Source: Anthoceros angustus
Lineage: Eukaryota; Plantae; Anthocerotophyta
Direction: 5' to 3'
Assembly (NCBI GenBank): GCA_010909165.1
Contig: MU008173.1
Coordinates: forward strand, 1,240,001-1,304,000
DNA length: 64,000 nt
Translations under genes and position numbers: made by a program
Shown: positions 11,792 through 23,490 of the stretch, in pieces
Layout of the letters: every line of letters begins with the position of its first letter
Position numbering within the stretch: the stretch's first letter is position 1
The notes under the pieces: generated by a model
What the model was told of the DNA's origin: nothing
The model's database searches: none
Seen by the model: the letters and a program-made list of their open reading frames with translations, nothing else

Positions 11792-13223
11792 CTAAACATG
11801 GTCAAGTCCGGGGCCGGGCGCTGCCTGAGATGCCAAGCCGTGGCGGGGGCTCAGCGGAATGGACACGAAGGTGACGCCCGACTGCTGCTTCGAAGTCTGA
11901 GTGTTGGCTTGTTTGTTGCTGGCGCTCTTTTCCATTTGGATGTAAGAGCCGTTGGATTTGGTCGTGTCTAAGGAATCGCTGGTCAGGCCATCGCCTTCGA
12001 CGGCCAAGGGCACTGCTCTTCGGTAAAAGACGTAAAGGCAAAGCTGCACCACGCCGGAGAGGCAGCCCAGTCCATTGGGGATCTGGCACCAGAGAAAACC
12101 GGAAAAGAGACTTTCAATTCAAAAACACTAGTCACCAAGTCATCATGCAATGCAGGCAATTGTGAGCACTGTAACGATAGTAGTAAGAGAGCTGTAGCGA
12201 TGGTTAAGCTTACCGCAATGTAGATGTCCTTGGCGACCACGGCGTAGCCACTCCACACAGTGCCATTGATGAAGACGAAGAGGGACAGGAAAAACGGCAT
12301 GAATTCTACGCTCCTGGTCCTTATCACCATCCTCTGCGATCATGAATGAGCAGGGTCCTCTCCATCAGTCGCGACGGCTGGTTGGAAGTTGAAGCGCGAT
12401 GGCACAGGCACGCACGAAAAAACGACGGCACGTACCATGACTCCCAGGGGCGCGGCATACATGCTGATGGCGAACACGACGCACAGCAAGCCGATAACGA
12501 GTTTTCTGCTGGAGTAGGGAATCGCGAACACTGTGACCAGGCACAGAAAAGTATAGAAGACGGCGGTTGCCAGCAGCATTTGGAAAACCTTCACCTGCAA
12601 CCAGGCAGGCAGATGAGTGTAGGAATCCAGGACTCGAGTAGGAGGTGGAACGAATGGCGATGAGGTACTTACCCGCTCCTTTCTAGCGCAGTAGGTGAGA
12701 AAAATGGAGAGGTAGACCAGCTCGAAGACGACGCCAGCGCCGTTGATGGTGATGATGAGCAGACCGTTGGGCTTGACGAGGGGAAGACCGTAGAGGATCC
12801 ATAGCAGGCAATTGAGCAAGGTACAGACGTAAGGAAGGCCCGAGAAATCTTGCGTCGTCTTGTTCTTAAAGATTCTCCAGAATGTCGGCCTTAAGAGTCG
12901 AAACAGGATGGATGATTAAGATGCGCCCGTGCAGGTTGGCCAGCTACGACACCTACTGCAGTGTACTTGCTAACAATTGCAGTGCGTCTGGAGCACAGGG
13001 AAGCAAATGAGGCCTAGCAGACCTGCTACCACCCCGAGTCCAATTCAAAATACTTACGCAGGTGACGTGAAGAGAGCGATGGCTGTCATATTTCCTGAAT
13101 CAGAACATTGAAACCGTTGTTGTAAGCATGCAGGCAAAGCTTGTTGTAGAATTCATGACAAACACTGTGAGTCTGGAGTGTCGATTACTAACCAAGAATG
13201 CCGAGAAGCGTGAGGAAGTCCAT
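11792..13223 (-). CDS. SWEET: SWEET (MtN3/saliva) sugar transporter
   Basis: MDFLTLLGILG-NMTAIALFTSP-PTFWRIFKNKTTQDFSGLPYVCTLLNCLLWILYGLP, ITINGAG, MYAAPL, VIRTRSVEFMPFFLS, IPNGLG. Typical six-exon SWEET layout. Confidence 0.95.
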
Positions 13224-13483
13224 GACGTGGACAGCAGCTGTGACCACGGCGCCGGCGGTTCCAAGCAGCAACGGCAGGCCACGCGTGCTGCGATTTGAAG
13301 TCGGAGCCCAGGCTGGGAGTACCAGTGCGGGAGGCACAGGCTTGGCAGGCAAGCGACCTGATGAGCAGAGCAGAGCGGTGCTGGCGAGCACTGCCAGGAA
13401 GAGCGGATTTGCGCACGCGTGCTGCTGCAGTTGCAGTGAAGAATCGGACAATTGAGCAGGCAGCAGGCAGCAGGCAGCGGGCA

Positions 13484-13485
13484 GG

Positions 13486-13517
<32 letters not shown>

Positions 13518-13623
13518 CGTCCTGCCAGAAGTGGCACCACGCCAATTCCTCGTGTGCTGGTGCGTAGGCTAGGCACAGTGTGCCTGCCTGAGCCTGAGCC
13601 TGAGCCTGTGCCTGTGCCTGAGC
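13484..13623. repeat. Hexamer microsatellites (GGGTGA)n and (CCTGAG/CCTGTG)n upstream of SWEET
   Basis: Directly visible repeats in the probable 5' leader. Confidence 0.85.
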
Positions 13624-14853
13624 CTTAGCCCCGGCCGCTCAGCTCGCTGCACGCTGTGTTCCGCCTGCGGGATTGACAGATCGCTGCTCCGGATCCTCTC
13701 AAGGCAGATTCTGGATGGAGATGGAACTGAACTGGACCGCTCACTGGCCAATGGCCATGATGTTGTGACGCACCAGTCTCTTATAACCAGCGCCAGGTTC
13801 TTGATGCCTTCGCACAGCTATGCGCACGGCCACAGGCGATGACAGCACCTCGTTCCCGCCCTCTTATCAGCTGGCAATCAGAGGGAATGTCCGTCTTATG
13901 ATCACGTGACCCGAGATTGGGCCCAGATCCCACCTACACCTGCCGGTCACCACGGTCGGATAGCGATGCCCCATCAGAATGCTCAGTATGTATGTACAGC
14001 GGTTTACACAGCGTGGGCGCAGCGCACGTCTCGTCTGTTCAACACAAAAGAATCTGAGCACAGAAAGCACACCTTCAGAGGGCGTGGCCAATAGCGCGAG
14101 CGTGAAAGCGGCCGGTCGGCAGGGTCGTGGAGTCCATGAACATGGACCCGCCTTCGCTGCGCTGCGGCATAGAATACGTGTGACCCCCTACCTACCGGCT
14201 CAGTACCCTTGTCCCCTCCCCCAGCCCCAACCGACTTTAACCCTCGTCACCGACCAACAATCGGCAAGGCATTAGGCTGCCAATCTTGTAGCGAAGGATA
14301 GGTCTGTAGACTAGGTCCCTTCATGCGCGGCATCGCCTATCGCCTTTCAGTGTGGATCCCATCATGTCACCTACCTGGCTACCTCATCATTGCAAACAAG
14401 CAGCTTAACTTAGACTAGAGTTCAGGAACAAAGGACATCTTTACTTCCTCTCGCTCTACTGTACAAGTCGCAGCCTACCTAGTAGCTAGGAAAATGGAAC
14501 TTGTAGACCATAAGAAGGAGGATGCCACACAAGACATGCGATATCCCCTCCAGGCCAAGAATTGGCAACTATGCTAACCCGCCCACTACAATAACGAGGC
14601 CAGGGTCTGCCAAGCTCAAATTGCTGCAAAACACACACCAGTACAGCAACCAACATTTGCCACTGTCAAACACGGCGCACACCCACTGCAGCCAGCGCAA
14701 ACCACTACGCATATCCAATGTTCCTCAAAAAGATTGTACGCATACTATACTACGTTGGTGGTGCGCGACTTACACAGCTTGGGTTACACATGCCAACTTG
14801 CACCAACCACTGCGCCTGCGTCACTACTACTCCTTCCTAACAAATTGCCTTCC

Positions 14854-17800
14854 TCATGCCCCATAATCCCCTCTTGCAAAATTTTCTTCAGGGTAGTACA
14901 CTGCAACCACAGAGTTCCCTCCGAATTTGCGTCCATTCAGCATGCTCCTTGCTTTTGCCGCTTCTAGTAACTCAGTATACTCAACAAACACCTGCAGGTT
15001 TACAGACAATACACTCGAGTGTTAAGTTAGGAAGATTGAAATGGAAGGTTGCACATCACACGGATGGCAGCAATTTATCCACTACCTTTCCAACTCCAGG
15101 AACATCTTCACCCGTCCTCGGGCGAGGTATGACTAGGTTAACAATATTGCCTGATCACAGGACACCACCACAAGCACCATCGGACAAAGTAGTTAGCTCA
15201 GCACAGCAAATAGAACTGAAAGGAAACACACATTAACAACAATCACTACCATATTTCCCACACTCTTCCTTCATGTCCTCCAAGATCTCGTCATACTCTT
15301 CGTCGTCTCTCAACTCATCGGCAGTCACAACCTGAGGCAACAAGAAACTCTCATTATTTTTCTCCCAAACACCGATACTGGGAATGTGTTACATTTCACG
15401 CCAATATTCCTCACCTGAGTTAAGCACACCACTTTTGTAGCATTTTCGGAAATAGGTGACAGACCATTGCCCATGCCTGCCACCATACCAGGCATCAAAC
15501 CAGGCATCCCTGGCATAAGCCCAGGCAAGTTCCCCAGCGGTAGGGCATTTGCTCCACTAGCCTGTAAGGCAAGCTTCTGCAGCACAGGATAGAAAAATAG
15601 GTATAAAAATAACCCTGTACTCAGACCCTGGCTGGTGCTTGCACTAGATCAATGCTGACCTGCAAGGCAATGCAAGCACCAAAGTAATGCTTACCTGCAA
15701 AGCTATTTGTTGCTGAGCTTGCGCCAACACATTCGCTTGATCAGGCTTCGGCTGTCCACTGCTGACATCCAATCACTTTCAGAGCTCAGCAAGAACATAA
15801 CATACAAAGCATCGTAAGAACCGAAACCTGACACCCACAGCAACCTAGACAACTTGTGGCCCCATTCAAAGACACCCATAGTAATGCAAAAGACATCTAT
15901 GACTGCACGTGCAAGTGTTTGCTGTGACCAGTGCACCCAAACCCAACAGTGTTTGCGCTCATAACCTCCAGCACCTTCAGGAGCTACCAGCAGGTTCTCC
16001 ATAACTGTATTGACCTACTACGACTGGACCCTGACTTGCATACACATGTGTGAGTTGACATATGCCAACCTCGCAGTGGCACGGCGGACTGTCAAAGTCT
16101 TGTCATCCATTTTCATGCCATTAAGCGTTGCACAGGCTATGTCCACAACTGAAGGATCCTGCACATTAAGCATGCAAATCACAAGCAGACAGGGAGTAAG
16201 ATCAAAGCATAACCCCACCTGGCTGTCGCCCGACGCACGGTTAAGGTCTTATCACCCATTTTCAAACCATTAAGCGCAGCACAGGCAACATCTGTTACGG
16301 ACGTCTCCTGCATGTTTTATCGCAGTTGGGACAGATCCCAAATATAAGTCAGCGCAGTCAAGTTAGAACACACGAGTATCCGTTCAGTCATAGACACAGT
16401 TAACACAGCTGCTGCTGTGGGAAGCTCTTGTACTACACGGAAATCCAGCAGTCACAATAATGTGACCATGGCTGTTACCAGCAACCTTAGCCACCGTCAA
16501 GCATCTGATCAGCTCCTGCTGTATCTATTCATTCGCACAAATCCCACAGCACACACAAAAAGCAAGTTGGAACAGTACCTGGTACACACAAAATCCGTAT
16601 CCCTTTGAATTTCCCGTGTCCCGGTCTTTGACAAGGTCAAAACCTCGCAACGGGCTGCAACCAAGTCATAGGTTATCTATAGTATGCAACCCAATAAGCA
16701 CTTGTCCCCCTCATCCTCTAAACCACTGAACCCAGCCAGCAATCTTATTCGAAACTACAACTCACCCAAAAGATTCCAGCAACTCCTTAATCTGAACCTC
16801 CGTTAAATAATATGGCAGTCCTCCCACAAATATTCGATCTGGGCCATCTGCTCCCCCCGCCGCGCTGCTACAAGAATTGATAAAATACTTGGGAGCAGGT
16901 TAGTAGGCACATAGAGGTCACTGCCGACGTTAGCGCATAACCAGAGTACAGCTTACTCAAATTCCAATTCAAAGTGAGAAATGAAATGCACTCACCCAGG
17001 TGTCAGGCCAACAGCAGCAAGATTCAGATGTGCACTGGGCTGACTGGGCCCCAGAGTAGCTGCCATAGATGGATTATAGTCACTTGGCCTCCTTACCCTC
17101 ACAGACACCCCCTGACCGAAGGGCAAGAACATGTGAATACATGAGGGAGCAAGCATCCTGGAAACAATTCTAGAATAACAATCTGCACAGTGTCCCCACC
17201 TCAAATATGATGCCATCCAGAGCCATTGCATTACTTGCTTCTTCAACTGTTCGCATCTCAACAAATGCAAACTTCTTTTCTTGATTGATATATACATTCA
17301 CCACAGCATCGCCTGTGAGGACCAATGCAAGTAGTGAGTTTAAAAGAAGAGTCACACTGAAATAGCATGGATCAAAAGCACACAAGAGGCTCAGCAATTC
17401 CGAAGATACCTGGTCCAGCAGTGTTTCCACCAACAGCTGCCATGACTTGACTGAAAAATGTTGCAATAGTCTGAACACAACAAGAATCAGCTCGGAGCCA
17501 AAGTGACCATCACACCACGGCATGCAAAAGCTGAAATGTAATTGTGCAAACTGTAGATTTTACTGAAAACACACCTGTTCATTTGCCATCGGTGGCAAGC
17601 CACCCACATAAACTCTTCGGGCATGTCTTGTAGCCTACATGACAGAGGGCACACAGTATCAATCAGGTATGTCACATAGTATCAATCAGGTTAAGTAGCT
17701 AGCAACAATCGAAGGACCAGCCCACCTGCTGCGTCATTGCCTGCGCAGGCATCGCTGGCATCCCCCCGAACTGCAATGTGTGTTGCAACACTTTTAATGC

Positions 17801-19903
17801 AGCACAGGGAACTCTTTGGAAGCAGAAGCGTGCAAACAAAACAGTGCCAGCAAATGCAGCTCACAGAAGCTTACACAACAGCAAATACTGCAGCCCAAAA
17901 TGGAACAGAAACTTGACTTTCACAACACTAAACAACTAAGAAGCAGGAAAATACCTGAGTTCCACCAAAAGAAAACATTCCTGGAAACACTCCAGCCATC
18001 GGTTGAGACATTCCTGGTATCTGGCCTGCATAACAACAAGTCCCAATTTAACATACACTTAAGATCCGTTACTATTGATTCTCAGACGCAATACAAATCA
18101 TTACCAAGAGGTGACAGGTTGCTGCCGGGATTCATAGCTGCAGTTTGAAGCATCCCTGCTTGCATATTTATCAATGAACCTCAGGAACTTAACTGTCAGC
18201 TGACATTCTATATGCACAGCACTTTTTGTTCAAAAGCGCTATATTGCGGGTGAAGATAAATATCCACCAACTAATGTGTTTCAGTCCCTCGTTGTACATA
18301 CAAGCCATTGGATGCACGCTCGTGGTTGGGGACAGAAGGCCATTGGGCTCCTGATGCCTTCCGCCCACAAAGCATACAAAGACAACCACAAACGACAACA
18401 AACCAGAAAAAGACAAACAAACAAGCAAACAGTCTCCTCAGTGCCAGTCCAAATCAGGGGCGATAGACCAATCAAGCTAAATTGAACAACTTGAAGTGCT
18501 ATCTTGAATTATGAACAGGATTCCTCAACATATACTAAAAGCTATACAGACTATCCACTCCAACACTGACCTTGATAACCAACATGCATGTGGTACACCC
18601 TAGAGACTAAAAAATTCTGTTCCAACTAAAGAGATTTAGGGCTAAATTGAAGGAAGATATGATATAAAACGGACCTGGCATAGCACCTCCTGGAACGACC
18701 GCTGCACCTGGTGGAGCCATATCAAAGCCACTAGTCCTCTTGCTGCAACAGTCAAAAAGTTGAGTTAGAATAAGAAGCACCTTGGGAGGGTCATCGTGGC
18801 AAAGTCCAGCCTCCAACAAAAGAGATGTACCTTCTCCTATCCCGGGATGGTGACCTTGATCGCGAGCGAGACCGGGAGTAGTCACGGGGAGACCGGGATC
18901 GGTGTCGGTGCCGCCTGTCTCTCTCACGGTCATATTCTCGGCTACGCCTGCAGTACAGAGCAAATACTTCTCAAAACGGGCTTCATCCAGAAAAGCAGCA
19001 TCCACCTTGACAAGGGAAAATTAAAAAACTTCAGAGCAGTAAAGATTGTTACATAAAACAGTCACTGGCAGATAATTTTACCTTTCACGATCATGACCTC
19101 TATGTCTGTCCGTCCGATGATCTCTTTCAATTCTGTCACCCCTATCTCCCCTATCCCGATCTCTGTCATCTCTGTGCCGACGATCCCGGTCTCTTTCCCG
19201 GTCTTTGTCTCTGCTTTTCTCCCGCTCTCTGTCCGGCTCACGAGAGGATCGCTGATGATTAAATAAAAAGTCAGCAAAACAACAGCATGCGTCCAAACCA
19301 AATACTGTGATACTCACTGCTCCTTAACCGTTCTTCTTCAAAACTAAGCACAGAAAGGAACAACGGCAAACACAGAAAACCCAATCAGATTCTACCGAGG
19401 CGTTGCTTGAGTGCCATTCGCTCAAAATCAATGCAAAACTTGAACAAGCAAAACACGGATCAGCGGAGTGAATCGCAACAACCAGCCCCACTCCGCACAA
19501 ACCGGATGCAAGACTAGAAAGCTAGGTCACTACCCGGCATTAGAGAAGAGGCCCTTCGCCCGGATCAACCCTAGAGGGCAAAACGACCTAACAAGCAAGG
19601 GTTCTCGGGGATTTTGTGCAACACGGCTCCATGACGGAAGCCCAGGCAGCAAATCGCAATGCCGTGCAGAGAGAACCAGGGAGAAGCGGCAAGCAGCACA
19701 GACGGCCATCAAACCGGCCACCCTAGCAGTTAAAATCTTGGCACCAGGGCGCGCAATACCTCCCGCTCCCGACCTCCATTCTCCCGCTCCGCGTGCAGCT
19801 CGTAGGCCGGCATGGCCCCGTAATCTCCATGACCGCCCCTGGGGCCGGGCGAGTTCCCGTCCTCGTACTGGCCACCGCCATCCTCGTGGCCAGCCATCGC
19901 CAT
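14854..19903 (-). CDS. U2AF65: U2 snRNP auxiliary factor large subunit (U2AF65)
   Basis: RD/RS-rich N-terminus, SGFDMAPP, ATRHARRVYVGGLPP, KKFAFVEMRTVEEASNAMALDGI, PDRIFVGGLPY, FDLVKDRDTGNSKGYGFCVY; C-terminal UHM TKVVCLTQV...EILEDMKEECGKYG...GRKFGGNSVVAVYYPE. Start MAMAGHEDGG at 19903, stop at 14854. Confidence 0.95.
16070..16158 (-). other. U2AF65 RRM2 exon, variant B (DPSVVDIACATLNGMKMDDKTLTVRRATA)
   Basis: 89 nt bounded by cag and gt; same phases as variant A. Confidence 0.85.
16219..16307 (-). other. U2AF65 RRM2 exon, variant A (ETSVTDVACAALNGLKMGDKTLTVRRATA)
   Basis: 89 nt bounded by cag and gt; phase 0 in, phase 2 out. Confidence 0.85.
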
Positions 19904-20232
19904 CAGCCTCGCCGTGGCTGCGGGTTTCGTCGGACTTAGCCAAGATGTCCTGAGAGCTGCAGAAGAGCAGGATAAACCCTCCCTCGAGGGACACCGAGGG
20001 CTCGTATGGAGAGTTTATACACAAACAAAAGCCTCGACCCGATTTCCAGTTCGGTTTCTCATCCAGCAAACTTTATTACCAAGCTAGGGCTTTGTTCCCA
20101 AAATTGGAACGTTCCCCTTCCCAGTTCTCAGATGGACTATCTGACGGAGAAAGGAAAACATGAAGAGGACTACATTCTTGGCTGAGCTAGCTGCAGAGTG
20201 CAGATGCGAGAAGGCAACGATACCCCTCAATG

Positions 20233-21548
20233 TTAATCCGCATCTTCGCAGTCTTCAGTTTCAGGAACGGCTTGCAGAGGCCCATCTTCTGATTGATACG
20301 AGAAGCTGCTGTCGATCATGCGAATCTGAGGTTCCATGGTGTTGATCTTGTTCCAGTCCTCGTCGGATAAGGACCAGTTGAGGACATCAAAGTTCGAAGC
20401 AATTCGGTCGGGTCTGAGACTACGAGGTAGCACACTGGTTCCTCGTTGTACTCCCCAACGCAAGATCACCTGCCCACAGGCAGAAGATATGTCAAAGAGT
20501 GGGGAGCATGAAGCAGCAGCGTTCTTCGGTTAAAGGCATTATCACTTTGCAACGATTTTCCTACCTGAGCAGGTGTCCTTTTTAAACGGTCTGCGACCTC
20601 AGCAACAGCGGAAGTCCGAAGCATGGGTGCATGTACAGAGCAGGATCGGGAGAAGGTGATGGCGCTAGAAGAAGAAGACTCAGGCTCATCTTCTCCAGAC
20701 ATGTAGCCGGCGGTAATCTCCAAATTGCTGCCAGGAATTCCAAGGGGAGTGTGAGCTGAAACATGGATGCCCTGTGACTGGCAGTAGTCGATCAACTCAT
20801 CCTGCCTCCAATATGGATGCAACTCAACCTGCCACAGGCAGGCAAAATCATCCCATGAGCAATCCTGAAGCACAGCATCCGAGCCATGACATCTAGAAAC
20901 AAATCATCCAGAGGGGCATGCAATGCTGAGGTGAAGATAGAGGATGTAGAAAGACTATGTAGAAGGAAGGAGGTGCACCTGATTCACCGCCGGCACCACA
21001 TTTGCAACGCTCAGTATCTCTTCCACTTGAGAGATGGAGAAGTTGCTCAGTCCTATAGCCCTGACCACCCCCTTCTCCACCAAACCCTCCATGGCAAGCC
21101 AAGTTTCCTCCAGACGCCGAGACGGTTTGATCATCAACTCCCCTCCCCCCTTTCGGCTAGGAGGATCCGTGGCATCCCCCAGGGCAGGCAGAACCGGCCA
21201 GTGCAGCAGGTAGAGGTCCAAATACGTGAGCCCTAAATTCTTGAGAGAAATCTTGACGGACTCTTCGGCTCTTTTAGGTGCATTGGTGGTGCACCAGAGC
21301 TTGGAGGTGACGAACACCTCCTCCCGCCGGAGCCTGGGCTTGGGGCCGGAGAAGGCATCACGAAGGGCCTGGCCGACCTCCACCTCGTTCCCATACAGAT
21401 GCGCGCAATCCACATGCCTGTACCCGACATCCAAGGCCGTGGCCACAGCAACCCTGCAAGAAGCACCGTCAGCCTGCCAGGTCCCCAGTCCCACAGCTGG
21501 AATCCTTGCTCCCGTGTTGAGCACGAAGTAATCCTTGTTCCGATCCAT
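20233..21548 (-). CDS. Aldo-keto reductase (plant AKR4-like), 3 exons
   Basis: [48 protein letters not shown] (D-Y-K-H tetrad intact), [14 protein letters not shown]|VELHPYW, TPAQ|[10 protein letters not shown]. Confidence 0.95.
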
Positions 21549-21628
21549 GGCCCTCCCTCACTGGCCCAATCCAATCCACTGCAATAAATAAAATGCGCTG
21601 CCGTTGCTGCTCCCGATCGATCGCGCCG

Positions 21629-21630
<2 letters not shown>

Positions 21631-21660
<30 letters not shown>
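21631..21660. repeat. (CTG)10 microsatellite upstream of the AKR start
   Basis: Directly visible. Confidence 0.9.
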
Positions 21661-21663
<3 letters not shown>

Positions 21664-22871
21664 CTAGCATCCGCCCGGGCTGCTCGCGAACTCCGCGTCC
21701 GACGTAGGGTTACGGATCACAATTCCGCGCAGCAGGGGCTGCTGCCGGCACCATTTTCCGATCTCGCCTTCCCCAAGCTCCGCATACAGTGTCCACGGCT
21801 CCCACGGTGCTCCGGCAGCAGACCAGGCGCTGCCAGCCCGCCGTGTGAAAGGCAAAGGCAGAATGGAAAAGCAAACCGAAGGACGCCCCGTGCCTCTTGG
21901 CAGGCAACCCACGGTGGCCTGCGCCCGAGCTGGCTTGTGTGGTTTGTGCTTGTGCGGTTGGCAGGGAAGTGCGGTAAGCATGCAATTGTCTGGCTCTGTA
22001 ACTCTGCGCAGCTGCGGGCGATGGGGGAAGAAAGTGGGCCAGCAGACGGGCTAAGTCGACAGTTAGAGTTGCTGGAACCTTCTTCGGCCCGGCCGCCGAT
22101 CATGGAAACCTGGATGGCGCAGCATCCCAGAGGTTCGCATCCGACAGCGACACGCGCACACCACTGCACTGCATTTGCGTTTTACCGCCGCCGGCTCGAC
22201 CCATTTGCTATTTTAGACCCCTCCTCCCACGGACGGGAGGCTGGGACTCGCTTGCTACAAAGCCTATATATATGTACCCAAATGTCCTGTGCTTTTCAGC
22301 ACAACCAATTTTTGCTCGTCACAGTGCCCTCGTAACCTCCCCGAATGCGTGACGCATTTTACCCTTTTCTTCAACCCAGTAATTTGTGAAAATAATATGT
22401 GTCCCTTTTCCAATTTCCAATTTTTTGTCATTTTCTGACATCGTGATAATTTGAGGACGTTGTGCGTGGGAGACTCCATCAGATTTCAACCATATCTTCG
22501 GTGATGATTTTGGTGAAAACCTTACAAGATTGCTGTACTTGCATCAGCTGTAATCTGCCCATCTTAGTTATGGGGTAAGCAATGGCAAGGTAGTCTATGT
22601 GCGGCCATGAGTGGCAAGGTACATATGTGCCCATCTGCCATCAATTCAGCACGTTGAAGGTGAGAAACATGGGACCGTTAAATGATAGAATCACCTCAAG
22701 CAGCCAGACTTCAGGGACACGCCATTTGAAAGCTCAATGCTATCTGTGGGGCATGCATCGTATGCGAAGCCCCGGCAACTAGAAGGGAGATCTTTGAAAA
22801 CCCGCAAACTTCTTCTGGGCTGCTGATGGTTGCATGGGGAGCTTCACTGCTTGATCAACACGTCTCCCTTA

Positions 22872-23099
22872 TCACTTCGTAGGAGGAGGGGGGCTACGGG
22901 GAAACGGATAGCAATGGCATTCTGGATCCGGAGAGTTATTTTCGCAACAAGGTGCTCCATATCTGCAGGATAGAAGCCGCCGCTTGTGGTCGGAGATTCC
23001 ACCATCCGGATAGGATGCCATAGCGCCGGCAAGAGCCACAAGCTGCAGGCACACAATCGTGAACGTGATGAAGATAACAACAGCTGCGCGCTTCGCCAT
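22872..23099 (-). CDS. Small secreted cysteine-rich prepropeptide (75 aa)
   Basis: MAKRAAVVIFITFTIVCLQLVALAGAMA signal peptide, short pro-region ending KRRLL, then SCRYGAPCCENNSPDPECHCYPFPRSPPPPTK. Confidence 0.65.
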   Translation of the reverse strand: MAKRAAVVIFITFTIVCLQLVALAGAMASYPDGGISDHKRRLLSCRYGAPCCENNSPDPECHCYPFPRSPPPPTK

Positions 23100-23490
23100 C
23101 GGATCCGTATTGGCAGTCCCAGTAGTGCAATTCAAGCGAGTTACGTGGTCGATATCACAGTTGAAAGGATGACACACAACCCATTTGGTTGTTCGAACAA
23201 CCAACGCCATGGAAATCTACCACTTGCAATACCTGAGAGCGTCGCAGGGGTCTGTCTCGGAGAGAACGCGTTGGGATTTGCGACAAGTTGTGTGGCTGTT
23301 TCCAGGGATTTTGTTGTGTGACAGAACAACATCCCTGGGAAGATCCGCGCAACACGGGAAGACAGTACTGTGTATTAGAATGTAAGCCAGCAGGAGCTGG
23401 GACACAAAAGCACACAACAGTCCGTCGGCTCCACAATCCACATTGTCCCACAGTGGACCTACGTATACAGCGTACGTCTTTCATCAGACA

